From Octopus sinensis (lineage: Eukaryota): DNA of 64,000 nucleotides. Below the pieces are notes generated by a model. It had not been told where the DNA came from. It searched no databases and worked only from the letters and a program-made list of their open reading frames with translations. The translations under genes were made by a program, and so were the position numbers. Where the stretch lies: the NCBI RefSeq assembly GCF_006345805.1, contig NC_043006.1, positions 86,924,001-86,988,000 of the forward strand. The letters are read 5' to 3'. Positions 1 through 13,689 of this stretch are shown piece after piece; position 1 is the stretch's first letter, and every line of letters begins with the position of its first letter.

Positions 1-60
1 TTTCACTCAGCATTTCATTGTTGTTCTGCTGGAATTGGATTGCTAGGTATCAATACATAT

Positions 61-218
61 AGGCATAGGTTTGGCTGTGTGGTTAAAAAATTTGCTTTCA
101 AATTCATGGTTTCAGATTCAGTCCCACTGTGTAGAACCTTGGGCAAGTATCTTATACAATAGCACTGAGCCAACCAAAGGCTTGTGAATGAATATGGTTG
201 ATGGAACCTGAAAGAAGT
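61..218 (+). mobile_element. tRNA-derived SINE, family A, 5' part
   Basis: A-box/B-box-like head (tggctgtgtgg ... ggtttcagattcagtccc) followed by a body that matches 31641-31790; ends in a TA/TG microsatellite. Confidence 0.75.
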
Positions 219-225
219 ATATATC

Positions 226-257
<32 letters not shown>

Positions 258-259
<2 letters not shown>

Positions 260-566
260 CACCGTGACTGACCAGGCTGTCAGATGTTGCTACACATCGC
301 TGGTCACAATGTGCTTTGCATTGTTTTAGCCTTCAAATGACGCCACCCTGCTGGCTAAGCGAGTAGGCCAACAAGAAGAATGAGTGAGAGAAAGTTGTGG
401 TGAAAGACTACAACAGGGGTCGCCCCCCCCCCCCCCCTGCAGGAGCCTCGTGCAGCTTTAGGTGTTTTCGCTCAATAAACACTCACAACGCCCGGTCTGG
501 GAATTGAAACCGCAATCCTACAACCGTGAGTCCGCTGCCCTAACCTCTGGGCCATTGTGCCTCCAC
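258..566 (-). mobile_element. tRNA-derived SINE, family B
   Basis: Minus strand reads gtggaggcacaatggcccagaggttagggcagcgg...ggtttcaattccc; same head as 33728 and 34619; flanked by (TG)n. Confidence 0.8.
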
Positions 567-612
<46 letters not shown>

Positions 613-696
613 AATCCAAAAGGGAAACAAAAAAACAACAACAACAGGAACAATTACAGTATTATTATTAAAAGGCGCTCAGGAGATGGAAGCAGG

Positions 697-737
697 GAGG
701 TATGACGTTTCGAGCGGAGCTCTTCGTCGGAAACATA
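697..737 (-). ncRNA. Minimal type-I hammerhead ribozyme motif, family 1, U4C variant
   Basis: Minus strand: gttt-CCGACGA-A-GAGC(tcc)GCTC-GAAA-C-GTC-atac. Confidence 0.55.
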
Positions 738-2228
738 AAGAAGGAAGAGAGAGGAAAGAAAGATCCCAGAGCGGGCAACAGGGAAAGAGAAAAAAGACGA
801 CTGGTGTTTACGAGTTGCACATGGTGAAAGGCGGATGTTGACGATAACAAGAGCAAAGTGGGTTTTTAAAGGCTAAAGAGTGGAGACAAGGTTGGTAACC
901 CAACAGATGTGTGTGTATGTGTGAGTGTGTGCGTGTGCGTGTGTGTATGTGTGTGTGTGAGGCGAGATGAAAAAACAAAAAATATGTGTGTGTTAGTGTG
1001 TGCGTCTGTGTGTAGGCGTGTGAGGTAGGGCGAGACTGGTGGTCAGCTAGCAGACGAGGTCAGTAGTAAGAAAAAGAAGGAAGGAGGAAGGGAGGTCAGT
1101 AGTAAGAAAAAGAAGGAAGGAGGAAGGGAGGGGAAGGGGTGGGGGCGTATGTAGCGTGCCAGCGTGTGTTGAGTAGTAGTGTGTGTGTGTGTCCAGTGTC
1201 GTGGTGGTATTAATGGCGAGTAGATTGAATGTGTGTAAGAGTGATGTATATATATAGGCAAGGTGTGTATATGTGTGCGCGTGTGTGTAACGAAAAAAGG
1301 GGGGGGTTTAAGGAAAAAGGACTCCAGCTGAGGGGAAGATGGAAGAGTGGTACCGCGGAGACAGGCGTGGGAAAACCCAACGACACGCGACGGTCCCAGG
1401 AACGGGCGGGAGGTCTCGTCAGGTCCAAGGGCGAGGTGTATGCGGCGCGTATGCAGCGCGAGCCGGCGCAAGTGCGTATGTGCGCGTGCCTGCGAGTGTG
1501 CGCGTAAGTATGTATGTGTGTGGATGTGTGAGTGTGTCTGTGTGTATGTCTGGGTGGCAGTGTGTCCGATGAATGTATGTGAGTATGTGTGTATGTATGT
1601 GTGTGCATAGATGTATGTCCGTGTGTGTGTGTGTGTGTATGTGTGTGAGTGTGTATGTATGTACGTGTGGGTGTGGGGAAGTGTGTGTATGTGCATGTGT
1701 GTGCGCGTACATACAGGTGTGTGAGTGAGTGTGTGTGTGTGTATATATGTGTGAGTGTGTATGTATGTGTGTGTCGGATGCATGTATGTGTATGGGTGTA
1801 TGTATGCGTGTGTGTATGTATGTATGTGTACGTGCGTGTGTGTGTGTGTATGCGTGTAGGTGTGCGCGTGTGCATGCATGCATGCATGTGCGTATGTGTG
1901 TGTGTGTGTGCATGTGTGTGGGTATATATGTATGTGCGTATATGTGTGTGTATGTGCGTACATGTGTGTGTGTGTGTATGCATGTGTGTGTATGTAGGTG
2001 TGTAGGCGTGTGTGTATAGGTGTATGTATGTAAGTATGTGTGGGTGTGTCCGTGTATGTGTGTGTATGTATGTGTGTGTATGTAGGTGTGTGGGCGTGTG
2101 TATATGTGTGTGTATGTAGGTGTGTGGGCGTGTGTATATAGGTGTATGTGTGTATGTCTGGGTGTGTCCGTGCATGTTTGTGTGTGTGTGTGTGTATGCA
2201 TGTGTATGTGGGTGTGTGTGTACGTGTG

Positions 2229-2261
<33 letters not shown>

Positions 2262-2352
2262 ATAATTTTAATCCAAAAGGGAAACAAAAAAACAACAACA
2301 ACAGAACAATTACAGTATTATTATTAAAAGGCGCTCAGGAGATGGAAGCAGG

Positions 2353-2393
2353 GAGGTATGACGTTTCGAGCGGAGCTCTTCGTCGGAAACATA
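2353..2393 (-). ncRNA. Minimal type-I hammerhead ribozyme motif, family 1, U4C variant (second copy)
   Basis: Identical to 697-737. Confidence 0.55.
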
Positions 2394-3280
2394 AAGAAGG
2401 AAGAGAGAGGAAAGAAAGATCCCAGAGCGGGCAACAGGGAAAGAGAAAAAAGACGACTGGTGTTTACGAGTTGCACATGGTGAAAGGCGGATGTTGACGA
2501 TAACAAGAGCAAAGTGGGTTTTTAAAGGCTAAAGAGTGGAGACAAGGTTGGTAACCCAACAGATGTGTGTGTATGTGTGAGTGTGTGCGTGTGCGTGTGT
2601 GTATGTGTGTGTGTGTGTGAGGCGAGATGAAAAAACAAAAAATATGTGTGTGTTAGTGTGTGCGTCTGTGTGTAGGCGTGTGAGGTAGGGCGAGACTGGT
2701 GGTCAGCTAGCAGACGAGGTCAGTAGTAAGAAAAAGAAGGAAGGAGGAAGGGAGGTCAGTAGTAAGAAAAAGAAGGAAGGAGGAAGGGAGGGGAAGGGGT
2801 GGGGGCGTATGTAGCGTGCCAGCGTGTGTTGAGTAGTAGTGTGTGTGTGTGTGTGTGTGTCCAGTGTCGTGGTGGTATTAATGGCGAGTAGATTGAATGT
2901 GTGTAAGAGTGATGTATATATATAGGCAAGGTGTGTATATGTGTGCGCGTGTGTGTAACGAAAAAGGGGGGGGTTTAAGGAAAAAGGACTCCAGCTGAGG
3001 GGAAGATGGAAGAGTGGTACCGCGGAGACAGGCGTGGGAAAACCCAACGACACGCGACGGTCCCAGGAACGGGCGGGAGGTCTCGTCAGGTCCAAGGGCG
3101 AGGTGTATGCGGCGCGTATGCAGCGCGAGCCGGCGCAAGTGCGTATGTGCGCGTGCCTGCGAGTGTGCGCGTAAGTATGTATGTGTGTGGATGTGTGAGT
3201 GTGTCTGTGTGTATGTCTGGGTGGCAGTGTGTCCGATGAATGTATGTGAGTATGTGTGTATGTATGTGTGTGTATGTGCG

Positions 3281-3318
<38 letters not shown>

Positions 3319-3955
3319 TGAGTGTGTATGTATGTACGTGTGGGTGTGGGGAAGTGTGTGTATGTGCATGTGTGTGCGCGTACATACAGGTGTGTGAGTG
3401 AGTGTGTGTGTGTGTATATATGTGTGAGTGTGTATGTATGTGTGTGTCGGATGCATGTATGTGTATGGGTGTATGTATGCGTGTGTGTATGTATGTATGT
3501 GTACGTGCGTGTGTGTGTGTGTGTATGCGTGTAGGTGTGCGCGTGTGCATGCATGCATGCATGTGCGTATGTGTGTGTGTGTGTGTGTGCATGTGTGTGG
3601 GTATATATGTATGTGCGTATATGTGTGTGTATGTGCGTACATGTGTGTGTGTGTGTATGCATGTGTGTGTATGTATGTGTGAGTGTGTATGTATGTGTGT
3701 GTATGTATGTGTGTATGTATGTAAGTATGTGTGGGTGTGTCCGTGTATGTGTGTGTGTGTGTGTGTATGTGTGTGTGTGTGTATGTAGGTGTGTGGGCGT
3801 GTGTATATGTGTGTGTATGTGTGTGTGTGTGTGTGTATGCGTGTAGGTGTGCGCGTGTGCATGCATGCATGCATGTGCGTATGTGTGTGTGTGTGTGCAT
3901 GTGTGTGGGTATATATGTATGTGCGTATATGTGTGTGTATGTGTGTGTGTGTGTA

Positions 3956-3988
<33 letters not shown>

Positions 3989-4924
3989 TATATATAAAAA
4001 TAAATAAAAAGATGAGGCCTGGATGTGTTCAGTATAGAAAAACACATTATAGTGCTCAAATAAATGTAAATTTAAACTTCGAATATTTCAGCAGGGTCTG
4101 CACTCACAAGATTAACTATACGAGAAATCCAGGTCAATCTGATATTGAAGTAGTTATGGAGGCAAACAGAGTTAGCTTGCTTTCTTGCTTGGGCTTGATA
4201 TAAATATATTTACCTGGAGCACAAAAAATACATGAAAAACGTATGGAATAAAATATTTAAAAAAAATATGTCATTTCTTAAGTGATAAAAGTGTGTGTGT
4301 TTAGTGTTTGTGTTGCCTTGTGTTGCATGATAGCTATAAATGAGTGTCCTTGGCATACAAGCAGTATACAAGCAGCATACAAGCATACAAGCATTTCCAA
4401 TTTTGTGTGAAACATATTTGACCATGGCAAAATATTACTTTGTCTGGAAACAAGTGCAGTTTAGAAAGAACATGGGCATCTGGCTGTAGAATCTCTACCT
4501 CAATAGATTCCATTTGACCCATGCAAGCATGGAAAAGTGGATATTAAAAATGATGATGATGATGATGATTATGATTTTTCCAACTTTGGGTATCTGACAT
4601 CTATTAATGGTGCCCATTGTATCAAGTGAGCAAGGTCAGAAAATCCTGTTAAATATTCAACATCTTCAACAAAACCATTTTAAGTTTCATGCCACTTGTT
4701 ACAATTGGAATAATAACAATTTACAACAATTCTAAATTCTGGGAATTTAGCATCTAAGGCTACTATATTTCAAATTTCTTGCATTCTTTGTCTACCATTC
4801 TAGTATCAAACAGGAAAGCAACATTAATTAAACAGCACATTTTCCCCTGTTCATTAGGTTCTAAAGCCTAAATAATAATGATGAGGAAGAGTTATTATTA
4901 TTATAATAATTGCCTTTGCACAGC

Positions 4925-5225
4925 TTCTAACTCTGGAGATGTACTACAGTGTCAACTGTTCACTACCAGTGAACTAAGGTAACACCTCTTATTTTTCGAG
5001 CACCTTCCGGAGTATTTGAGCGGTTCCAAGCAGTGCTGTTTTCTGCAAGTGCTCCACCCTTATTACAGCCCCTATTTATTCCATATGCTTCTAGAGATTT
5101 TTGCTCACTGTTCCCAGGGCTCCAACAATTATTGGCACTACTGCTACCTTTTTCATCAACCACAACTGCTTAACTTCCCAAGCTAACCTGTCATATCTCT
5201 CGACTTATCTTTCTTCCTTATATCA

Positions 5226-5262
<37 letters not shown>

Positions 5263-5418
5263 CATTGAGTGAGAGAGCAGTTCATGCCATCAAAGTGACA
5301 CTGGGGTAAAATATACGAAGCCCAATATACCCATCATGACTACCCGTCTGATAAAGGTACACCAGGCATATTATTATTATTATTATCATCTTCATTATTA
5401 TTATTATTATTATTATTA

Positions 5419-5449
<31 letters not shown>

Positions 5450-7400
5450 CATCTTCATTATCATTATTATCATTATTATTATTATTATTATTATCATCAT
5501 TATTATTATTAATATTATTAGCATACCCATGTTGGCAAAAATGCCAAAAGTTTTATTAATGATGGAAAATGGCACATCAACACAACGAGGAAAACCCTTA
5601 ATAAATATCAGCAATCTAGTAAATATATGTACATACACAGAACCGAAGCACTTGAAGAATCAGATACGATTGTAATGTCTCAGTATGTTTGTGTGTGCAT
5701 ATATATATACATACATACACATATGTACATATATATTTTCAGTTTGTTGCATAAATTGGCCTTGTAATTCCATTTCTTTCTATCTGTTTGCTCTGTTGTT
5801 CTTTTTCTCCTTGAATTTTCCTACTGTTTTGGTCACTCTTTGTATCGCTCTTGCTGCTGGTAATATCTTCTTTTACTCTGCACAACATAATTTTTCAGAC
5901 CCAGTATTGTAGTTTTAACAGTGTCTTCTGCATCTAGTAATCCTCTGCCACCTTCTTTTCCTGGTAGGTAGAGTCAATCCATATTGCTTTTAGGGTGGAG
6001 TACATAGTGCATTGTGAGCAGCTTTCTGGTTCTTCTATCCAAGTTCTGTAGCCCAACCACTGTCCATTTCAGAAAGGGAATAGAGCATCTGAATATGGGC
6101 ACAGTCTGTGTATTTATTGCTTTCATGATGCTCCCACCATTTAATTTTATTTTGAGCACCTTCCCAATTCTCTTGTACTCTCATTTCTCCTTTTTCCTTT
6201 TATTACCCTATTGTCTTGCAGCACTCCTAAATATTTCTACCCCTCATTATTCCCCATTGATCTAATAATATTATCTTGTATTGTATAATATTGTATAATA
6301 CTCGGACTGTTTGGATCAAAGGGTCTTTGTCTCATTTTTTGTATATGGGTAGAGGTCATCCTAATGAAATAGATGATTTATTCTCATATTGTATTTGGTA
6401 AATTCATAGGTAGGCCTGGATTTTCTTACAATATTTGTCAGAGGGTTAGTGTGAAAATGAAGAGTAATGGTCTCCTTCAAAAATGTCCCTGTGTATTTTC
6501 ACATTGCCTTTCAATTCATTTGCACATATCAATTCTACTTTCCACACTCTCATTGCTTTCTCCAAAAAGTTGGTTATTTTTCTCATTGACTCCTAGTATT
6601 CTCAGTCACTCTAAGAGCTAGCTGTGTGGGACATAGTCGTAAGCCTTCCTGTAATCTACCCATCCAACAGCTAAATTCTCCTTCCTTACTCATGCCTCTT
6701 TTAATATTCTACAATCTACATATAAAAGATCAGCAGTTCCCCCTTGATCTCTTCATACATCCTTCTTGTTCCTCTGATCATAGATACTCCTTTTCCAGAA
6801 ATTTATTTACTTCATCTGCTACAACACCAGTTAATAGTTTCCAGAGTAGTGATAAGCAAGTAATAAGCCTATAATTACTGACCTGCCCCTCTTTTCTTTG
6901 TCCTTTCTTTTTCTCAGCACTGTCCTTTGCTTTGTCATCTCTGTTGGAATTCCAATTTTATGCAGTCAGTAAAAAATGGTCGTATATAACTGTGTTAACT
7001 TCAGAGATTCTTGATCCAGAAATCCTGGACACCATCTGGTCCAAGAGCTTTCCAGTTTGGTATTTTCTTAATCATTTCTTACCCTTTTTTATTCATGATT
7101 GTTATATTTTCTTGTGTCACCCCAACTTCCATTTCTCTTTTAAATTCCTGTAACCAGCCTGCTTTTATATTATGCTGGGCTTCTTTGCTCCAGATTTTTG
7201 CCCAGAATTTCCTTGCTGCTTCAGGAACTGGCATATCATTTCCTTGATGATTCTCTTTATTTTTCAGTTGTTTATAGAAGTGTCTTCCATTGTTCTTGAA
7301 GAGTCTATTCTGCTGGTACTGATTTATTCTCTATCCCATTTATTCATCTATGTTTTTATAATGGTTAACATCACTTTTCCTGAATTATCGTGACTGAGAT
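4925..7400 (-). mobile_element. Decayed RLE-type non-LTR retrotransposon (R4/Dong/Hero-like), interrupted
   Basis: Minus-strand fragments WVDYRKAYDYVPHS, INHLFH*DDL, KIKLNGGSIMKAINTQTVPIFRCS...LDRRTRKLLTMHYVLHPKSNMD (ORF 5974-6159), and a frameshifted C-terminal region at 4960-5220 resembling ..GALGTV..LQKTALLGTARIL; broken by the (ATT)n tract and other sequence at ~5220-5770. Confidence 0.75.
5222..5520. repeat. (ATT/ATC)n microsatellite with an embedded short interspersed repeat fragment
   Basis: Direct reading; non-repetitive insert at ~5265-5370. Confidence 0.9.
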
Positions 7401-7522
7401 ATGTTTTGACAATCACCTATTCAGATTGCCATGATTAATGGTATTTTCTCATCCATGGCTATATTTGAGTTTTTTTCTTTATATATATTACATTCTGTAA
7501 ACAATAATATCATTGGATACAG

Positions 7523-7617
7523 ACTCCCAATGGGCCAATCATTAGTTCAGTGTCTTTTTGATAGAGAGAGTGACAAGGAAGCATTTGTGCTATTCCAATT
7601 GAAACAGATGCTACAAG
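7523..7617 (+). CDS. Candidate internal exon of an unidentified gene (LPMGQSLVQCLFDRESDKEAFVLFQLKQMLQ)
   Basis: tacag|...CAAG|gtattt; one open frame; weak acceptor; no homology recognised. Confidence 0.3.
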
Positions 7618-8180
7618 GTATTTTTAGTCTGAAAACATCATTTTATTGGCTTTCTCAATGCTGTTTGCATTTCCCACCAATACATGCCAGTGATAGCTAT
7701 ACACACACAAATATACGTAAACATACATGTAAGTTTTTAATAAGGAAGTTTCATCATTGACATAATTAGTAGTTCATACATACATTATGTATATATATAT
7801 ATATGGATAATTTTCGGTTTTTAAAAGTTGGCATATTTTTATTGCTGACAAAGGACTGCATCTGCACAGTAGATTTTGAAAAAATTAGGATGTATAAACA
7901 AGGGGCACATAGTTGATCGCCTCGTGTTTATATATTTAATTTAAGGTGTACCTGTTGAAAATGATTTCACCTCGCGAGTAAAAGTTATTTACTTGCTAAA
8001 CTAAAATCAGAAACCAATTGGTCAAAGAAATTAGATGGTAAAATGTTTTATTTTTTATTTTTTGTTCCTGTCAAATTTTATCCCTAATTTTGTGGTTCTA
8101 GAACCTAGCTGCTCTTTCTAGCTTGTTGAATCCCATGAGTGAATTCCTTATGTGTTTAAATGTACACTGTATTTTATGAC

Positions 8181-8212
<32 letters not shown>

Positions 8213-8696
8213 AAATCATCTTATGTTCATATTCCATGCTGACATAAATTGGATGGTTTGATAAGATACAATGGGTCCAAGGACAGCATTGTGCACCGTT
8301 GTTTACTTTGGAATGGTTTCTACAGCTGGATGCTCTTCCTAATGCCGACCACTTTGCAGTGAATGCTATTTTGTGGCACAGCATCTATGAGACCAGTACA
8401 TAGCCTACAAAGACTATGAACCCTGAAAGAGGTGGCCTTTTGCCAGATGTGTGTTTGTGTGTGTGTGAGAGAGAGAGAGAGAGGGAGAGAGAGAGAATTT
8501 AATGAGAACCAAATGTTTTATCACTTGGCTTGAATTTTACACCACTCTGATATTTAATTCATGCTTGAAGATTGTTTCGGTACGAAGAGCTTGAATCATA
8601 ATAGACTTGCAGTTTCAGTAGACCACATGCTCTACAATATGCATTGAGCACTCATCTATTATTTGTGATTATTGTGTGTTGAAGATACTGCCATAC

Positions 8697-8852
8697 CTGT
8701 CCCCACGTTCTGTTGTAAACAATCAAAGTCAGACATTGACTTGATGACAGGCTGCTTCTTGCAACAACTTTCCCTTGGGAAATATCACTGATTGTCAATG
8801 TTTGCTTGGGAGCTAAATCCCACTTTCCAGTAAGAATAAAATTCCAGGAGGA
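8697..8852 (-). CDS. Candidate exon (SSWNFILTGKWDLAPKQTLTISDISQGKVVARSSLSSSQCLTLIVYNRTWGQ)
   Basis: ttttgtatag| ... CAG|gtatgg; 156 nt, phase 0-0, stop-free; no homology recognised. Confidence 0.25.
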
Positions 8853-9836
8853 CTATACAAAAATGCTGAGCTCTAATTAAGTAACTCATGGGGATTAATG
8901 ACATAAGAATTACCATTAATCCATGAATCTTGATTTTTTTCCAACTTTCTTCCCCTCATCCAACATTAAGCAAAATTCAAACTGAATATCAAACACATCA
9001 ACTTTTCAAATTGGGGAGGGTCTGCTATATAATACTCTTTCCAAAGATATGAACAAGCTGAAGAAAATTAAATTATTCCAACAGGAATTAAAGCTGGTTT
9101 ATTTATTTAACCATAATCTGGCTGATATAAACATTATATATTTTCATTTAATTTTCACACAAAAACGTGACTGGCAGAAATCAGTGAAAAGGTTTCCAGC
9201 CAGACAGCAGGATTGAATGGAAAATGTCAGGTCATTTGAATAGAAGTTCTTTCAATTGCAAGTATTGACAAAAAACAGTCTGTAAGTGTCTGTGTTAGAA
9301 AATTTGTTAATATCTTCTAATATTTTTGTAATAATGTCTGCAAGTGTGTAAATCATTAGAATATTTCCCATTGACTTCAATGCCAAATTCAAGTGTGACC
9401 TGCTACATTGAAGGAAGAGAAAGCATCTGTTGAATTCTAGTTCTCACTTCCAATTACAAAAGGCAAAGCAAATAGATAGTTAATGAAGGAATCTATCTAA
9501 TGAAAAGTGAAGTCCAAGATCTTAGTGGATGAAAGGGTGAACATGAAGGAGAACAGAGAGATGGAAAGCAATATATATATACATATGGAAAAAATCTTGA
9601 TGGAGAAGTAAATTAAGTAAAGATAGTAAAGATGAAGAAGGGAAATAAAAAGGAGAAATATGGAAATAAGAGATAGGGTTGGATAAGGAAAAGGAAAAAT
9701 AATTAATATTGAACGATGCAGCATTTTTGGGTTGGTTTTTGGTGCACAGTCTGAATTTTAGTAAACATACAATTTCTTTCCTCTGAGAAAAGTAAACAAA
9801 AGTGGTTATACTATATGTGTGTGTGTGTGTCTGAGT

Positions 9837-9885
<49 letters not shown>

Positions 9886-11259
9886 TGTGTGTGTGTGTGT
9901 ATACAAAGTCTTAGCTTCTACTTGGAAGAGTGAATATGACTTAACAGTACATACTATTCTTTTACTAGTTGTTTTAGGTGTCTATGTGACCAGATGTACT
10001 CAAGCAGTGAGCCAGAGAACATTCAAAATGTGGATGCTGGGGGAGAGGTGGCTTCACAAGATCTTGGTTGATACCTATTTCAGCTGTGAAGACAGACAAT
10101 GTGAAATGAAGAGTCTTGCTCAGAAATATATGCTGCCCAGTTCAAGTATCAAATCTATAAGCTTATGTTTGTGAGTTTATTTCCCTAACAACTTGGTTAT
10201 ATTCTTTCCTACACACACAGACATATAAATGCCTGTAGCAATACGTTATCTATCTACATCACCATAATCAGTTTCATGTCTGCCTTCCTAAGCTTCTATG
10301 GGTTGATAAGATTTCAGTGAGGATGCTTAATCCCACTGCCTATCAAACTATGCATTGTGTTAATATGTGTCCACAGACAGCAGTAAACAAATAATTGTTT
10401 GAATGAAATGTGAAGCTTTTGTTTACAAATAATGAGCTTATATCGAAATGAGGATGAATGCACATTCAGTTACAAACACACACACATACACAGAGGATGA
10501 GTTTCTTCCAGTTCCTGTGTGCCAATTTCACTAACATTTGTGACAGTAATAAAAGATACCAATTGACAGCATCCAGGCGATAGGATTGAACTGCTAAACA
10601 GGTGGTTTGCAAGCAAATTTCTTAATGACATGCCAACGCCTCTGCTTCTATCTATCTATCTCTCTGTCACACTCTCTCTCTCTCTCTCTATCTCGATATA
10701 TATATATATATAATATATATATACATGAAAATTGAAATGCACACACACATACACACAAAGAGAGAGAGAGAGAGAGAGTAATTAAAAGAGAAATATAGAA
10801 GATGTGTAGAGAAGAGTGAGAATAAGAAAAGGAAATGGAGATTTGCAGATGAAAGAGAAGTAAAAAAAATTTTCAGTGGAAGGGAAAAATATCAGTGGAA
10901 GAGGAAAATATTTGGAGATTTGAAAATAGAAATAAAAATTTGAGAGAGAAAGAAAGACATGAAAAATGTAGAGTAGTGAGGTGAAGATAGAGAGGGGAGT
11001 TTGACAGAAAGAGAATACTTGGAGTTTGTTGTTAATTAGAGGAGTCTGCATAGTCATTAAAATCAGTTGATGAAATGACAGACTTAGGGTGTAATGGGTA
11101 GGTAGAAGAGCAACAGCAAATCAGAGAGTGAAAGCAGGCTAAAAGAATCTAATGTAATTGTACGGGAAAAATCCAGGGTAACTGGTTGGAACTGTAAAAT
11201 GAAGCAACTGTAAAAGAAAACAGTACACTTCATGGTTACCCAACCTTTAACAGTGAGAT

Positions 11260-11720
11260 CAAAGATTTCAGTTTGATGCTGCTAGTGGTGGTGGCTGTTG
11301 TTAGTGGTTGTTGTTGCAGGTAGTGGTGGTGGTGGTGGTGGTAGTTGTTAGTTGTTGTGCTGTTAGTGGTGGTTATTGTTGGCAATGGTTAGTGTTGATG
11401 GTAGTAGTTGTGATGGTGGTTCTATTGGTAGGATTTGTGCCTGTGCAGTTCAGATAGTAAAGGTGTTAGAAACTGGGTGGTAGTAATTGAAGTTGTGGTG
11501 TTGGTAGAAACTATAGCTATAATGGTAGGAATTGAGTTGGTGGTGGTGCTGGTGGTAAGGGTTTGGGCTGTGATGGTAGTGGTGTGAAATGTATGTTGGT
11601 TAGAGTTGTGGTGGGAGCAAAGGTTTTGGAGTCAATGCTAATATTGATGATGATTGCCAGAAACATGGTAGTAAATGTGGCAGCAATTACTAATTATGAG
11701 GTTGCTGGTGGTGTTATTTA
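11260..11720. repeat. Degenerate (GGT/GTT)n low-complexity tract
   Basis: Direct reading; a similar tract lies at 44480-45030. Confidence 0.8.
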
Positions 11721-12027
11721 GCCCCAGGTCAGACTTTAACTAGTAGACCTATAATTAAAACTATTCTAGCTGCAATTATTCTGTTTTTAGTTTAGTCACA
11801 GTATATAAAGGACTACATTATGCAACGACTTAACCTTTTCAAGAAAGTAGCTTATAATAGTGCTTATCCTCATGTCAGTCCTGATTAAGCAAGCCTTAGT
11901 TCAAAGGTATTCCAACAATGACTCACTTGTTTGTTCAAGCACTATGTATAGAAGATTACACCATACAATGTGTCCATTTTTTAAGAGAGTAGAGTAAGAT
12001 CTGAGACTAATATTTCTAACTGATTTT

Positions 12028-12250
12028 AAGGTGATGAACTGGCAGAATCATTAGCACAGAAGGCAAAATGCTTAGCAGCAATTTGTCTGACTTCACATTC
12101 TGAGTTCAAATTCCACCTAGGGTGACTTTGCTTTTCATCCTTTCAGGGTCGATAAAATAAGTACCAGTTGAGTACTGGGGTCAGTGTAAACAATTTACCC
12201 TTTTCCACGCAATTGCTATCCTTGTGTGCCAGAAACTGAAATCAATATTG
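12028..12250 (+). mobile_element. tRNA-derived SINE, family C
   Basis: ctggcagaatcattagca ... gagttcaaattcc ... tcatcctttcagggtcgataaaataagtacc; related copies at 16988, 33395 and 41160. Confidence 0.75.
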
Positions 12251-13014
12251 CTGACCAGTTGACTAATGACATGGAGTCTCCATTGTGGTTAAAGCGATGT
12301 TGAGCCTCTGGTGACTGCTCTTTAGCGCTCAGTTAGCTCTTATTCAGTAGATCTATGAGTAAAGGCTTTCCAGCTATGACCATCTTTTATTCAGACATAA
12401 TATATCTAAAACCACAGTGTTGTTTTAGTTGTTTACCCTAAGATCATCCCAAGTCAAGCAAACATATGAAGACATTCGATCCCTGACCATCATATTTTCA
12501 GGCATAGCTCATCAGAAATTAGAAAATAGCAGATGCCCTTCGCATCATCATAATCAACATTTTAACCTCCACTTTTCCATACTTACATGAGTCAGATGGA
12601 ATTCCTTGACAGATTTTCCAGTCATCAATTCTCATCTATTTCCAAGGTAATATTTTATCTTGTCCAGTCATATTTTTACAGATAATTGTATATGAAAAAC
12701 ATTAGTTGTGAGCTGGTGAGACTTGACACTGATTCTGCTGTAATTATTTCTGACCTGGTAGTTAATGGCATAACTCAGTCAATGTTGTTGACTGTGTTTT
12801 AGTTAAATCTGTCCAGAGTTGCCTCTCTTCTATATTTCCCATTGATAATGGCTAATGAGCTAGAAACACATCAAGAAATCCAACAGGGAGCAGCACATTG
12901 TTCTAGGTTCAATCCTATTATATGTCACCTTCAGCAAGTGTCTTCCACAATAGCCCTGGACCTGCAAAATCCTCATGATTGAATTTGGGAGATGGAGACT
13001 GGAAGGAGCCTGTG

Positions 13015-13085
<71 letters not shown>

Positions 13086-13689
13086 TGTGTGTGTGTGTGT
13101 ATGTTTTATCTTTGTGTCACGTTGTATAGATACAACATGATAATTGTAAATAAGTGTCATTGTCATATAAGCAGTGTCATTAACTTCCAATATACTGTGA
13201 GAACACGTTTAACCATGGGGAATTATTAACTTCCCTGAAAACAAGTGAGGACTGGCTACAGGAAGAGCATCCAGCTATTGAAAATCCATCCCTATAAACT
13301 CCATCCAACCCACTGATAAGGTTTTAGTTGGCCTGAGGCTATAGTAAAAAAAACACCTGCCCTGCATACAACACTGTAGAATAAGGACCGAAACCAAAAG
13401 GTGGCAAAGCAAGGAGATTTGGCTTCCATTCTCCAGCAGTCACACAGAGGTTCCCTCAATAGTATCAGCAATGAGAGAAAAAGCAGCATTAAACATGGTG
13501 CTAATACAAAAGATATTCATTATCAGATATGGTCTTCTCAGTTTTCCTTAGAAAATATTAACTGCACATTAAAATATTTTTCTATACATGAAAAGACAAG
13601 TAGCAAGAGAGAAAAGACAAAACATTAAATTATCTTTTTGGAATATTTGAATAAGAGACAGAAAGAAGAAAGGAAAATATATCCATTAG

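Larger units (their letters stand above)
604..3970 (-). repeat. Tandem dimer of a ~1.66-kb HHR-bearing, TG-microsatellite-rich element
   Basis: Non-repetitive blocks at ~604-900 and ~1000-1510 recur almost identically downstream (1656 nt offset at the HHR); each copy starts right after a (TA)n run. Confidence 0.85.

Noticed and set aside
1400-1430. Minus-strand CTGACGA in the GC-rich core
   Set aside because: No downstream GAAA or closing stems
1043-4045. Long His/Thr/Tyr- and Val/Cys-rich ORFs (up to 414 aa)
   Set aside because: Translations of (CA)n/(TG)n/(TGTA)n repeats, open in several frames on both strands
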